The notes beneath the pieces were generated by a model. It did not search any database, was not told the origin of the DNA, and was given only the letters and a program-made list of their open reading frames with translations. DNA of 64,000 nucleotides from an uncultured delta proteobacterium (GTDB taxonomy: Bacteria > Myxococcota > Myxococcia > Myxococcales > Myxococcaceae), in assembly GCA_963771175.1 (NCBI GenBank), contig CAVYSY010000011.1, positions 64,001-128,000 of the forward strand. Reading direction: 5' to 3'. The translations under genes and the position numbers were made by a program. Below are positions 28,222 to 40,370 of the stretch, in pieces. The first letter of the stretch is position 1. Every line of letters begins with the position of its first letter.

Positions 28222-31200
28222 CTAGTAGACGAGGCGCTCGACGGTGTCGGTGGGCGTGCCGCCCGCGTCATTGGGGAAGCCGCCCGCGGCGTAGACGAAG
28301 GCGCGGAAGAGGACATTGCCGGAGAGGTAGCGCGGGCCGCCGCTCAGGTAGGACACCGAGGTGGCGTTGAGGGTGCCGTCGAAGCTGGCGCGGCGTCCGT
28401 GCACTTCGCGGGCTCTGTTCCGTCTTGCCGCAGACGAGGTTGGAGCGGAAGGCGAAGCCCGTGCCGCCCGTGGCGCCCGCCTGAAGAGGTAGTTGGCCAC
28501 GACCTCGGTCCAGCCTCCGTGCGTGCTGGCGGTGTTGTAGGTGGCCTCGGTGAAGAGGATGGGTGCGCGGGCTGGGCCACCCCGCGCTCTTCACCTGGGC
28601 CGTCTCGATGATGCCGGTACCCGTGAGCGGAGCGCCGCCCGCGTCGCCTCCCACCACGAGGAGCCAACGTCCTGGCTGTTGTCCGGCGCGGTCGGGGTGA
28701 AGGCAGTGGGGGCGGTGATCGAGTTGGCCACGGCGAGCGAGTGCCGCTGGCGCGCGTGGGAGAGGTTGCCCACGAGCCCGAAGGGGCTCAGGTCCGCGGT
28801 GTTGGCGGCGAAGGTGGCATTCTCGATGGTCGACAGGCGTCGCGCCGGTGCTGGGGCAGCGGGCTGCCCACCGGGGAGCAGAAGCCGCCGGCCACGTACA
28901 CGGTGTCGTCCACGAGCCGGGCGGCGGTGTTGCCGCGCCCCTGGTACAGGGGGCCACGCGGCTGCACCCACTTGCCGAGGGCTCCGGCGAGGCAGCGGCG
29001 CAGTCGCCGGCGGGCGTCTTCGAGCCATTGTCGGTGTACGCTCACCTCGGGCAGCGGCGAGCCCGTGCAGGCCGCGGCGGGCGCCTCGTCGAGCAGCAGC
29101 TCGCTGCCCGAGACCGCGTTGGCGTCCACGGTGCGGTAGACGCGGTAGCTTCGCGCGCACCGGGGATGCAGGTCCAGGCGAGCGTGGTGGAGCCCGCGCC
29201 CGCGGCGTCGATCGTCACCGGGTACTCGTCCGAGGGCAGTGTCTCGCCGCCGGGTTCTTGGGGTCATCGGCGGCGCGGAGGGCCGACACGCGGTAGTAGA
29301 AGGTGCCCGCGGGCAGGCTGCCGCCCGTGCCGGGGTGGGCGGCACGAGCGCGGGGGCGTCCGCCACCTGGAGCACCTGGGCGCGCTCCACGGTGTCCATC
29401 GTCGTGCCATCGGCCCGGATGCCGCCGAGGACGACGAGGTAGGAGGTATCTCCGCGGACGGTGCGCACGACGGCGGTGTGGCCGCGCCGAGGCTCGGCGG
29501 GGGCCGCGCCCACGCCCAGCGGTGAGCGCTCGAGCGTGCGGAAGGTGCAGGTGCTCCCGGTGCAGCGCCGCCGAGCTCACCGAAGAGCGTGACGGGGGCC
29601 ACCTCGACGGAGGCGAGCGCGGTGGTGCCGTTGGTGCCTCCCAGCGCGTACAGGTACGGCTGGCCGAGGTCGTCCGTGGCGACCACGAGGGGGAAGTTGG
29701 CGCGCGGTCCGGTCAGCTTCGTGGTGAGGGGCGCGACCTTGGCCGTGTCGTTCGTCGGGTTGGCGGAGGGGTTGGTGACGATGAGGCCCGAGTAGTTGGC
29801 GTACGCCGGGTTGTCCGTGTTCTGCACGCGCACCACGTAGAGGCCCTCGGAGAGGCTGAAGCCGCCGGTGGCCGCCACCTGGGTGCCGGTGGAGGTGTAC
29901 TCGACGCATTGGCCGCAGCCACGTTGGTGGCACGAGCGCGCGCAGTTCGGTGGCGGTCGGCGTGCCGGTGGCGCGTCAGGTCACACGCGCGGATGTTCTG
30001 GTTGCCGATGAGCTTGATGAGGAGCTGCACCTTGGCGTTGGCGCCGAAGTTGTTGCCCGTCACCACCAGCGGGTTGGCGGAGTCGGGCAGCCCGTTGGTG
30101 GTGATGGCGCACGGCGAGATGGAGGAGATGGCGGGCGCCGGGTTCTCCAACACGGTGAAGCCATTGGCGGCGGGCACCGTACCGGCGGCTCCGCTCGGGT
30201 CCTTCACCCGCAGCTCGTAGGGGCCGCCGGGGACGATGCCGTTGGGGCACTCCGAGGCGGTGAGGGGCAGGGCCGCGTTGCCCGAGCAGGTGGGCACCAC
30301 CGCGGTCACGGTGGTGCCGTTGACGAAGGCCGCGCGCCGCAGGGGGATTTCCACCGACTTCGTGGGGTCCGTCTTCAGCGGCGCGAAGAGGAAGATTTCA
30401 GGCGAGCCGCCGGAGAAGCTCTTCTGGTCACCGGTGGGCGCGTTGAAGAGGGTGATGGCCTGGTTCTGCCGCTGCCAGCCGAAGCGAGGGTCGATGCTGA
30501 GCGTGCCCAGGCGGACGTAGCTGATGACGAGCCCCTGGGGCAGGGTGAAGGCGCAGCCCTCGGGGTTGGTCACCACCACGTCATACGTGCCCGCGGGCGT
30601 GTTGGCGGGGATGTTCGCCGTCACCTGGGTGGTGGACGTCACCACCACGTCGGTGAGCGTCACCTCGGGAAGTCCGGTGCCACGGATGACCACCGTGGGC
30701 GCCTCGCCCGTGCGGAACGCCGTGCCCGTGAGCACCACCGGGGTGGGGGCCGTCTGGGTGAAGCCCTCCGGCGCCGTCACGCTGGTGAGCGTGGGCGGAG
30801 GCACCACGAGCAGCGAGTCGGAGAGCTGGCCGGTGGCGCCGCTCGGGTTCTTCACCTCCACCGAGTAGCTACCGGGCGCCAGCTCCGCGGCGGGCGTGGT
30901 GTCCTTCGTCGGCACGTCCAGGTTGAGCTGGCTGCCGCTCACGAAGAAGACGCGCTCGCGGGGAAGCGTGGCGGTGGAGGGCCCCTTCAGTGTCACCTCG
31001 GGCATGCCCACCTTGGGCGAGTCCGTGAGCACGTCCTGGGGCATGGGGGCGAAACCGCTTCCGGTCAGCTCCACGCGCCAGCCGGTGGCCCCTCCCTGCG
31101 CGTTGCACACGCGGGCGGGTCGGAGTTCGGGCTGACGGGGGTTGGCGGCGGCGGTGGGGGTCGGGGTCGGGCCCTCGGTGGTGCGAGAGCACGCCACGAG

Positions 31201-31233
31201 GGTAAGCAGAGCTGCTGCGACGGGTAGGCGCAA
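28222..31233 (-). CDS. Large lipoprotein with IPT/TIG-like domains and kelch-like repeats (heavily frameshifted)
   Basis: Lipobox LVAC, Ig/IPT motifs (GSYSVEVKNP, GTYDVVVTNP), and kelch motifs in several frames (LYALGG, LVVLGG, VYVAGG, LLVVGG, VYAAGG...DTVER). Confidence 0.7.
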
Positions 31234-31696
31234 AGGGCTTCCTCCTCCTCGCCGATGGACCTCTCATGTCGGGTAGTGGCCACTCGCGGCGCCGTGGCGG
31301 TCATGGGGGAAGGCTGGCGAGGGCCTCGGTTGTCGCGCGAATAGGAAAGGTTTTTCCCTCCTGTCCGAGGTGCCTTCCCTCCATCCACGCCTTCCCGGGT
31401 GTTTTTTCCGGGTGTGGACTCCCTACCTCCTACTCCCTAGGACGATATCGCTCCCAAACCCTTGGAATCATGAGCGCCTTGCCCGGCTCAGGGCTTTGGC
31501 ACGACGCGTGCTGATGCATCAGGGCGCAGGACGGGGCGGTACCGCGGGATGGGGTGGGACGGGGGAGGTGGGCGGTAACGCAGGGCGCCCCGCGGCGGGG
31601 CGACGGGGATGGGGTTGGGGGCGGATGGGTCGCCCGCCGCGGGGTGGTGGGGTGGGTAGGGGCAGTAATGGGGAGCCCGTGCGGAGCCCGGCCGGA

Positions 31697-32683
31697 TCAC
31701 ACCGGCCGGGCGGTCGCATTGCGGGTGGAGAGGAAGGCCAGCATCTGCGCCTCGCCCCAGAAGGAGGGGCTGAAGGCGGTGCCGGCGACGAAGCCCACGT
31801 GGCCGCCCCGCTCGGTGACGACGAGGCTGAGCTGGGGGTTGGCCGCCACGTCCCGAGGGAGGGTGGAGGCGGGGATCATCGGATCATCCTTGGCGCTCAG
31901 CAGCAGGGTGGGGCGGCGGATGGCGTGGAGGCGGGGACCCGAGGAGGCCTCGGCGTAGTAGTGGGTGGCGTCGCGGAAGCCGTGGAGCGGGGCGGTGACG
32001 GCATTGTCGAAGCCGCGGAGGGTGCGCGCGCGCTCCATGGCCTGTCCGTCGAAGGCGCCGGGGAAGCGGCGGAGCTTCTCGCGTGCCTTGCGCTTGAGGG
32101 TGCGCAGGAAGCGCTCGCGGTAGAGGAGCTGGAAGGGGCCGGGCCCATCGAGCGTGTCCGCGCAGGCGCCCAGGTCGTAGGGCGCGCTCATGGCGGCGGC
32201 GGCGTCCACGGGCGAGTTGTCCCCTGTCTCCTCCATCAGCCGCAGCAGCACGTTGGCGCCGAGCGAGAAGCCCACCGCGTAGAGGGGGCCGGTGATGCGC
32301 GCGCGCAGGTGCTTCATCACCGAGAGCGCGTCGCCGATGTCTCCCGAGTGGTAGGAGCGGGCGAGCCGATTGGGCTCACCGCTGCAGGAGCGGAAGTTGA
32401 TGGCGGTGGCGCCCCAGCCGCGCTCGGCGGCGCCGCGGAGGATGGCGGTGATGTAGCCGGAGCGCGAGGAGCCCTCCAGGCCGTGGAGGGACACCACGTG
32501 GGGGGCGCCCGGAGGGCCATCGAAGGAGTCGAGGTCGACGAAGTCTCCGTCGGGCAGCTCCCAGCGCTCGCGCTTCAGGGAGGGGACGTGCGTGGGGCGC
32601 ACGAGCGTGGCGTAGATGGTCTGCGCGTGAGGCGAGGCGAGGCCGTGCGCGGGAGCGAAGGGCTCGGTGGAGAGGAAGGGCAC
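31697..32683 (-). CDS. YheT-family alpha/beta hydrolase
   Basis: HAQTI, DGDFVDLD, HGLEGS, NFRSCSG, GFSLG, DDP and GGHVGF. Confidence 0.92.
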   Translation of the reverse strand: MPFLSTEPFAPAHGLASPHAQTIYATLVRPTHVPSLKRERWELPDGDFVDLDSFDGPPGAPHVVSLHGLEGSSRSGYITAILRGAAERGWGATAINFRSCSGEPNRLARSYHSGDIGDALSVMKHLRARITGPLYAVGFSLGANVLLRLMEETGDNSPVDAAAAMSAPYDLGACADTLDGPGPFQLLYRERFLRTLKRKAREKLRRFPGAFDGQAMERARTLRGFDNAVTAPLHGFRDATHYYAEASSGPRLHAIRRPTLLLSAKDDPMIPASTLPRDVAANPQLSLVVTERGGHVGFVAGTAFSPSFWGEAQMLAFLSTRNATARPV

Positions 32684-32696
32684 GGGCCGGGGGATA

Positions 32697-32987
32697 TCAC
32701 CCGCGGCGGGCCTTTCGCATGGAGGAACAGCCCTGCTGGCGGACGGCGTCGGCCTCGGCCGTCAGTCCGAAGAGGGCGAGGTACTTCCGGACGCGCTCCT
32801 CGAGCGTGGGGGCCTCGATGAGGTGGCAGACGTCATCGGCCTGGTAGTCGCGGCAGACCTGGGGCCGCCGGTCATACACCCCGCACAGGTTGTCGGCGGT
32901 GAGGTGGGGGCAGCGCAGGCCGAGGGGCTTGTCGAGGGCGGCGATGTCGGGCGCCACGCAGCAGGCGCCACAGCGGGTGCATTCCAT
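32697..32987 (-). CDS. YkgJ/CxxCxxCC cysteine-cluster protein
   Basis: CTRCGACC...CPHL...CGVYDRRPQVCRDY. Confidence 0.9.
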   Translation of the reverse strand: MECTRCGACCVAPDIAALDKPLGLRCPHLTADNLCGVYDRRPQVCRDYQADDVCHLIEAPTLEERVRKYLALFGLTAEADAVRQQGCSSMRKARRG

Positions 32988-33006
32988 GGGAGGGAGCCTC
33001 ACCGTC

Positions 33007-34140
33007 TCACGGCGAGCGCGCTATGTCGCTCACGGTGCCGAGGTTGCTCACCTGGAGGGAGGCCGACTGGCCGTTCTTCCAGGAGAGGAACTCGGCCTCC
33101 GTCTTGGGCTCGAGCTCGTGGGTCTGCACGCCGTCGTCCTCGTACTGGATGCGGACGAGGTACTTCTCCTCGCGGCGCAGCCGATCCACCCGGCCCATGG
33201 GGAGCTCGGGCCAGCGTGGGGCACTGTCGTTGCCGGACTGCTGGCGGACATCCACTTCCTTCCAGGCGTAGGTGTCGTAGGTGCAGCTCAGGTCGTAGAC
33301 GGGCTCGGAGCGGTAGCGCGTCTGGGTATGGCAGTCCTCATAGGACTCGTCGCAGTACTTGGGGACGTCCTCGCAGACCTCCTTCATGTAGCCGTTGCCC
33401 AGCTGCTGGCGCGTGCACTTCTCCTCGGTGCCGCACTGCTCCTTGCGTGTCTTCGTCTCGCACACGCGCTCGGTGCCGTCGGCCACCTGACGGGTGCCGC
33501 GCTGGCGGCGGGTGCAGTCGCGGATGTTCTCCACGCCGGGCACCTCGCCCTGGCCATTCACGGGCATGCGCGGCGAGGTGGTGGACAGCTCGTCGCGCCA
33601 GCCCGTCTTGCTCACGCGCTGGAAGGACTCGCGGTGCACGGTGCGAGTCCACTCGGTGGCGACCACCTTCCCGGTGACGTCGTGGGTGCGCGTGCCCCAG
33701 ACGCAGCACATGAAGACGGAGAGGAGGCCCATGCCCAGGTAGAGCCACTTGCGACGGGAGCTCTTCGGCGCGGGAGGCGGCGGCGGGGGAGGCGCGTCGG
33801 AGGGCTCGGGCTCGGCGGCGAGGGCGCGCGAGGTGTCGGAGCGCTCGGCGCGGCAGTGGCGGCAGATGGGCGTGTCGCCGCGGTTGGAGGCGCCGCAGTA
33901 GTCGCAGAACCAGTCCGCGCCCGCGTCGGAGGCGGAGAGGGCCTTCTCATCGGTGACGCCCTCGCGCAGGGACTTGCCGGTGGCGGCGTCGACGTCACCG
34001 AACTCGAACTCGGACTCCTTGCCGGTCTCCTCGCGCGGGTTGTTGCAGGAGGGGCAGTTGCGAAGTCGGGCGGGGATGTCCCGGGTATCGCAGGAGGTGC
34101 AGTTCCAGGAGCCCTCGATGATGCGGGTGCGCTTGGCCAT
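33007..34140 (-). CDS. Membrane protein with two cytoplasmic Zn-ribbons and a Cys-rich external domain
   Basis: WNCTSC/CPSC and WFCDYC/CRHC, poly-Pro, one TM helix, then regularly spaced Cys. Confidence 0.75.
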   Translation of the reverse strand: MAKRTRIIEGSWNCTSCDTRDIPARLRNCPSCNNPREETGKESEFEFGDVDAATGKSLREGVTDEKALSASDAGADWFCDYCGASNRGDTPICRHCRAERSDTSRALAAEPEPSDAPPPPPPPAPKSSRRKWLYLGMGLLSVFMCCVWGTRTHDVTGKVVATEWTRTVHRESFQRVSKTGWRDELSTTSPRMPVNGQGEVPGVENIRDCTRRQRGTRQVADGTERVCETKTRKEQCGTEEKCTRQQLGNGYMKEVCEDVPKYCDESYEDCHTQTRYRSEPVYDLSCTYDTYAWKEVDVRQQSGNDSAPRWPELPMGRVDRLRREEKYLVRIQYEDDGVQTHELEPKTEAEFLSWKNGQSASLQVSNLGTVSDIARSP

Positions 34141-34161
34141 GCGCCCCATCCTAGCGGGTCC

Positions 34162-35115
34162 TCAGACCCAGAGCCCACGCGGCACCGGCGGGAGGGGGGA
34201 CGCGGGCAGGTCCGGGCGGAGGGGCCGCACCATGGGCAAGGAGCCCTGCCGGGCCACGCGGGTGGCGCCCTCCACGAGCGGCAGCAGCGGGGCGAGGCCG
34301 GGCTCCTCCCAGAGCACCACGCGGGAGAGGCCAGAGCGCGAGGCCTCGCGCCGGGCGGCATCGAGGAGCGCGGTGGCCTCCGCGGGCGAGCGGGCATCGA
34401 ACATCAGCACCGTCAGCTCGGCGCTCCGGCCCACGAGTCCCCAGAGGGCGGTGGAGTCGCCCACGGCGGCGCCACACGACGTGGGAAGCGAGCAGCCGAG
34501 GTGCTCGACGTAGATGCGCCCGCGCTCCAGGTGCCAGTCAATCTGCGCTGGCGTGGGCCAGAAGAAGAAGGGGGCGTCGGGGCGGCGCATTCGGGCGAGG
34601 CCCCGGGCCATGTCGGCCTCCCCCAGGAGCACGTCCACGGACTCGCCGGGCTCACCGGGAGCGGGGGAGAGGTGCCAGTCCCAGGCGGGGAGCTCCCGGT
34701 AGCCCGAGCGCGCGTAGATGCGGGGGCCCACGTCGGAGAAGAGGAGGGCGGCGTGCGCACGAGGCTGGCGTTCCAGCTCGGCGGCGAGCAGGTCCATCAA
34801 CCGGGTGGCGTACCCGTGGCCCCGGAGGCGCTCCTCGGTGAAGACGCTGGCGATGGCGAAGCTGTCGCCAGGGAGGAGGGTGCCGTCGGGAGCGCGCAGG
34901 AAGCTGTCGGTGCGGAACGTCTCGCAGGAGGCGAGCACGACGCCATCCCCGGCGCACAGCAGCCAGGTGCGCATGTCCGCGCGGGCCCACGGGTGGGAGC
35001 GCAGGCGCCGCTCCCGGGCGGAGTAGCCCTCGACGGTGAGGAGCGGGCCCCACTCCGCGTAGGTGAGCGCATCGCGCTGGGCCTTCTGTTCGTCGCTGGC
35101 GGGAACGAGGTGCAT
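34162..35115 (-). CDS. GNAT-family N-acetyltransferase
   Basis: IASVFT...RGHGYA acetyl-CoA motif and LFSDVG..IYARSGY. Confidence 0.85.
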   Translation of the reverse strand: MHLVPASDEQKAQRDALTYAEWGPLLTVEGYSARERRLRSHPWARADMRTWLLCAGDGVVLASCETFRTDSFLRAPDGTLLPGDSFAIASVFTEERLRGHGYATRLMDLLAAELERQPRAHAALLFSDVGPRIYARSGYRELPAWDWHLSPAPGEPGESVDVLLGEADMARGLARMRRPDAPFFFWPTPAQIDWHLERGRIYVEHLGCSLPTSCGAAVGDSTALWGLVGRSAELTVLMFDARSPAEATALLDAARREASRSGLSRVVLWEEPGLAPLLPLVEGATRVARQGSLPMVRPLRPDLPASPLPPVPRGLWV

Positions 35116-35127
35116 GGACGTGGCCCC

Positions 35128-35165
35128 AAAAGAAAAGCGGCGCCGGGGGTGAGCCTCGGCGCCGC
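35128..35165 (-). terminator. Rho-independent terminator of the act-cox operon
   Basis: Minus strand GCGGCGCCGAGG...CCCCGGCGCCGC followed by TTTTCTTTT. Confidence 0.8.
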
Positions 35166-35189
35166 GGGAACGTCAGGGATACGCGCTTG

Positions 35190-35615
35190 CTACGGGTGGG
35201 TATCCGGCGCCTTCATCCCGCCGCCGTAGCGGCCGGACTGCTGGATATGCACCGGCCACTCCGTCGGGGTCGAGCCCGACGGCAGACCGGGCCGGAAGCG
35301 GGTGCCGAGGTCGAAGAGCGAGAAGCACAGCAGCAGCACCACGAACAGCAGGGAGGTGCCGAACACCAGCCGGCTGGCACCCTTATGCTCGGACAGGTGC
35401 ATGAAGTAGAGCGCCACCAGACCGCCCTTCACCGAGGCAATCACCAGGGCGAGCGCGAGCCCCCATGTCGGCAGGTGCATGCGACCGGTGAGCACCGTGA
35501 CGACGGTGAGCACCATCAGCACGCCCCAGATCAGGACGTACTTGCCCGGTCCGGAGTGGCGCTCCTCGCGCATCTCCCGCTCTTCCTTGAACGACTCATT
35601 GGCCATCGCGGACAT
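35190..35615 (-). CDS. Cytochrome c oxidase subunit IV
   Basis: Three TM helices and IASVKGGLVALYFMHL. Confidence 0.9.
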   Translation of the reverse strand: MSAMANESFKEEREMREERHSGPGKYVLIWGVLMVLTVVTVLTGRMHLPTWGLALALVIASVKGGLVALYFMHLSEHKGASRLVFGTSLLFVVLLLCFSLFDLGTRFRPGLPSGSTPTEWPVHIQQSGRYGGGMKAPDTHP

Positions 35616-35630
35616 GTGCGGAGGGCTCCC

Positions 35631-36282
35631 TTAGATGAGGTACAGCATGGGGAAGAGGAAGATCCACACCAGGTCCACGAGGTGCCAGTACATGCTGCCC
35701 AGCTCGACCGCGGTGTAGTTGTGGTAGCTGAACTCGTTCCTCATCGCCTTGGTGGTCACCCACGCCAGGATCGCCATCCCGATGATGACGTGGAAGGCGT
35801 GCAGGCCGGTCGAAAGGAAGTAGACGGTGAAGTACAGCGACACGCCGGGGAGCTGGATGCCCTGGTAGGTGTAGTACTGGCCGGGCAGCTGTCCCTCGTG
35901 GAACTTGTGGGCGTACTCGAAGTACTTGATGGCGAGGAAGCCCATGGCCATGAGGATGGTGAGCACGAACATCACCACCACCATCTTGTTCTTCGCCTCC
36001 TTCGCGTAGTGCACCGCCATGGCGGCGGTGAACGAGGAGGTGATGAGCACCAGGGTGTTGATGGTGCCCATCGTCAGGTCCAGGTGACGGCTGGCCGCGG
36101 CGAACGCATCCGGGAAGAGGAAGCGGTAGCTCGCGTAGCAGACGAACAGGCCCGCGAAGAGCAGGATTTCCGTGGCCAGGAACAGCCACATTCCGAGCCG
36201 CGCCGCGTGGTGCTGCACCTCGAGCGAGGCGAAGTGCGCCGCCACCTGCGGCATGGGAGGAGCGCCGGCCGTACCGGCGGAG

Positions 36283-36293
<11 letters not shown>
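35631..36293 (-). CDS. coxC: Cytochrome c oxidase subunit III
   Basis: GMWLFLATEILLF, NTLVLITSSFT, TGLHAFHV and YWHLVDLVWIFLF. Confidence 0.95.
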
Positions 36294-37939
<1,646 letters not shown>

Positions 37940-37956
<17 letters not shown>

Positions 37957-38989
37957 AGACAGGTCCTTGAGAGGAAGCGCCCGTGCGGATGTCCGGGGTG
38001 CGCAAGGTCTTGATGTACTCGACGATGGCCGCCGTCTGGGGCCCCGTCAGCTTGCCCTGGAAGGTGGGCATGACGTTGGGGAAGCCCGCGGCGATGTGGG
38101 CTCCCGGGTCCATCATGGACTGGGTGATGTAGGCCTCGTCCACCCGCAGGCTCAAACCCTCCTGCGTGGTCTGCTGCTTGCCGTAGACACCCATGAAGGT
38201 GGGCCCGATGTGCGGCTCGCCATTGACGGTGTGGCACTTGAAGCAGCCCACCTCGGACGCCACCTTCTGGCCCTGCTCGGCCATTCGGGCGGTGTGGGGC
38301 ACCAGGCTCAGGTCCGCCAGCGCGTCCTGGCGGTTCTGCAGGTTGCCCTTGCGCTGCTCCTTCACCCACGCGTCCCACTCCTCGGGGGCGAGCACGACGA
38401 CCTCGCCCAGCATCTTGGAGTGCGACAGGCCACAGTACTCCGTGCACAGAATCTGGTACGTGCCCGGCTTGGTGGCCTCGAACCAGATCTGGTTGTAGCG
38501 GCCCGGCACCGCGTCAATCTTGATGCGGAAGGCCGGCACGAAGAAGGAGTGGATGACGTCGCGCGAGGTGACGAGCAGGCGCACCGGGCGGTTCGCCGGC
38601 ACGTGCAGCACGTTCACCCCGTTGGGGCCCTCCGGATAGGAGAACTTCCACATCCACTGCTTGCCCATGACGTAGACGTCCATCGCGTCCTTGGGCGGCG
38701 TGACGACGAACACGAAGTCCCGGAAGCCGATGACGAACCACGTCAGGAAGAAGATCAGCGGCAGCGAGACGAAGAGAAACTCCGCCTTCACCGACGGCAC
38801 CACGTATTCGGTAGTCTGAGCGGGCGTGCGCCGACGGTAGCGGAAGAAAAAGAAGACCGCTGCAGTGCCGACGGCGAACGACATGAGCATCGTCACGCCA
38901 ACGACGAAATAGTGCAGATGGTCCACTCGTTCCGCGAAGGTCGACGCGCGCTCCGGGAGGAACAGGATTTTGTTCATCAACTCGTTCAT
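37940..38989 (-). CDS. coxB: Cytochrome c oxidase subunit II with fused cytochrome c (caa3-type)
   Basis: QWMWKFSY, DVIHSF, CuA motif CTEYCGLSHSKM, and C-terminal CFKCH...MP. Confidence 0.95.
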
Positions 38990-39858
38990 GCTGCGGCGCC
39001 TTTCTTCAGCTCACGCCTCCAGTAGTAGGCGAGCATGGTCGCGAGCGCGCAGAACACCATGAGCGCGCCCAGCCGGAGGAATCCAAAGATGTAGAAGCCG
39101 TACCGCCGGGTGGCGGTGTCATACTTGAAGCACGTCAGAACGACACGATCGAAACTCGTGCCCACCCTGCCATTCGCCGCCTCCAGCAGGGCCAGCTTCA
39201 TGTCCTGAGGCCGGAAGGACGTCCCATAGAGGTAGCGCGACATGGCGCCCTCCGGGGTGACGACATGCACCACGGCGGGATGCACGTACTGCCGGGTGCT
39301 CGTATCGTAGGTGTACTTGAAGCCCACCGCGTCCGCGACCTGGCGGATGTTCTCCTCGGTCCCGGTGAGGAAGTGCCAGGGCGCCGTCTCCGGCTGACCC
39401 ATGGACTGGAGGTGACGCCGCCGCCGCTCGAGGCTCTGCGCCGGCGTGTCCTTCGGGTCGATGCTGATGGTGACCGCCTCGTAGTCCTTGCCCAGAGCCA
39501 ACCCCAGCTCGCGCATGGTGCGGATCTGCTCGTTGATGACGAGGTTACAGAGCAGCGGGCAGTTGTAATACACGAGCGTCAGCAGCACCGGCCTGGTCCG
39601 CGGCAGCACGTCGCGCAGGCGCACGGGCTTGCCGAAGGCGTCGGTGAACTGCGCCTCCAGCGGGACCAGCTCCCCGAGGTGCTCCACCACGTCCACGCCG
39701 CGGACCTGCGGCGGGGCGTCGGACTGCGCCTCGATGATGGCTCTGGGCGTCTTGCCCCCGCCCGGGAGGGCCTGGGCTGGCAGCCCGGCGACCAGTGCCA
39801 GGAGCAGCGCGGCCATCCCGGCGCGCGAGGTGAACGGAGAGGAGGGGTGGGTGTACAT
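38986..39858 (-). CDS. SCO family protein of the oxidase operon
   Basis: YYNCPLLC, ISIDPKDT, WHFLTG, YVHP and a C-terminal TM. Confidence 0.92.
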   Translation of the reverse strand: MYTHPSSPFTSRAGMAALLLALVAGLPAQALPGGGKTPRAIIEAQSDAPPQVRGVDVVEHLGELVPLEAQFTDAFGKPVRLRDVLPRTRPVLLTLVYYNCPLLCNLVINEQIRTMRELGLALGKDYEAVTISIDPKDTPAQSLERRRRHLQSMGQPETAPWHFLTGTEENIRQVADAVGFKYTYDTSTRQYVHPAVVHVVTPEGAMSRYLYGTSFRPQDMKLALLEAANGRVGTSFDRVVLTCFKYDTATRRYGFYIFGFLRLGALMVFCALATMLAYYWRRELKKGAAA

Positions 39859-39881
39859 CGCGCTTCTTTTCTACCGCGGAA

Positions 39882-40370
39882 CTACTGCCGCTCGGGGGCC
39901 GGCTGCTGCGGCTCGTTGGTGGGGGGAGGGGGAGGGGCCTGCTCCTGCTGACGGGTGCTCGCCTGGGCGGCGATGACCTCGTCCATGGCGGCGGAGATGG
40001 TGGGCCGGGCCACCACGCCCGGCTCTCCCGCCCAGCCGTTCTGCAGCGCCTGCTCGTGGGAGCGGATCTTCTCCACGGCATGCGTGTCCACCTGGAACAT
40101 CCGCTGGTTCACGATGCCAATCTCATAGGCCGTCTTGTGGTCCTTGTCCGGCGTGATGAGGGCCGGGATGGGGGCGGGCCCCTCCGGCACCAGCTCGTTC
40201 GTCGTGGCGATCTGCAGCCGCCAGGCCCAGACTCCGCCGACGAAGAAGACGGCCAGGGCGATGACGCCCACCTGGACGACCTTCCCGGTGAGGATGTGGT
40301 CCTCTTCCGCGGCCACCCCATGCGCGCCACGGATGACGCGCGACTCGAGCTCCGACTCGGTCTTCTTCAT
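39882..40370 (-). CDS. Single-TM protein, probable ACIII subunit ActG
   Basis: One TM helix, position between actF and sco, and GW...RPTISAAMD resembling the ActG pattern. Confidence 0.6.
   Translation of the reverse strand: MKKTESELESRVIRGAHGVAAEEDHILTGKVVQVGVIALAVFFVGGVWAWRLQIATTNELVPEGPAPIPALITPDKDHKTAYEIGIVNQRMFQVDTHAVEKIRSHEQALQNGWAGEPGVVARPTISAAMDEVIAAQASTRQQEQAPPPPPTNEPQQPAPERQ

Noticed and set aside
32890..35229. Long + strand ORF (779 aa) and similar antisense ORFs such as 56648-59257, 36172-38013 and 1082-3112
   Set aside because: These are typical stop-poor shadow frames of high-GC genes, with no motifs.
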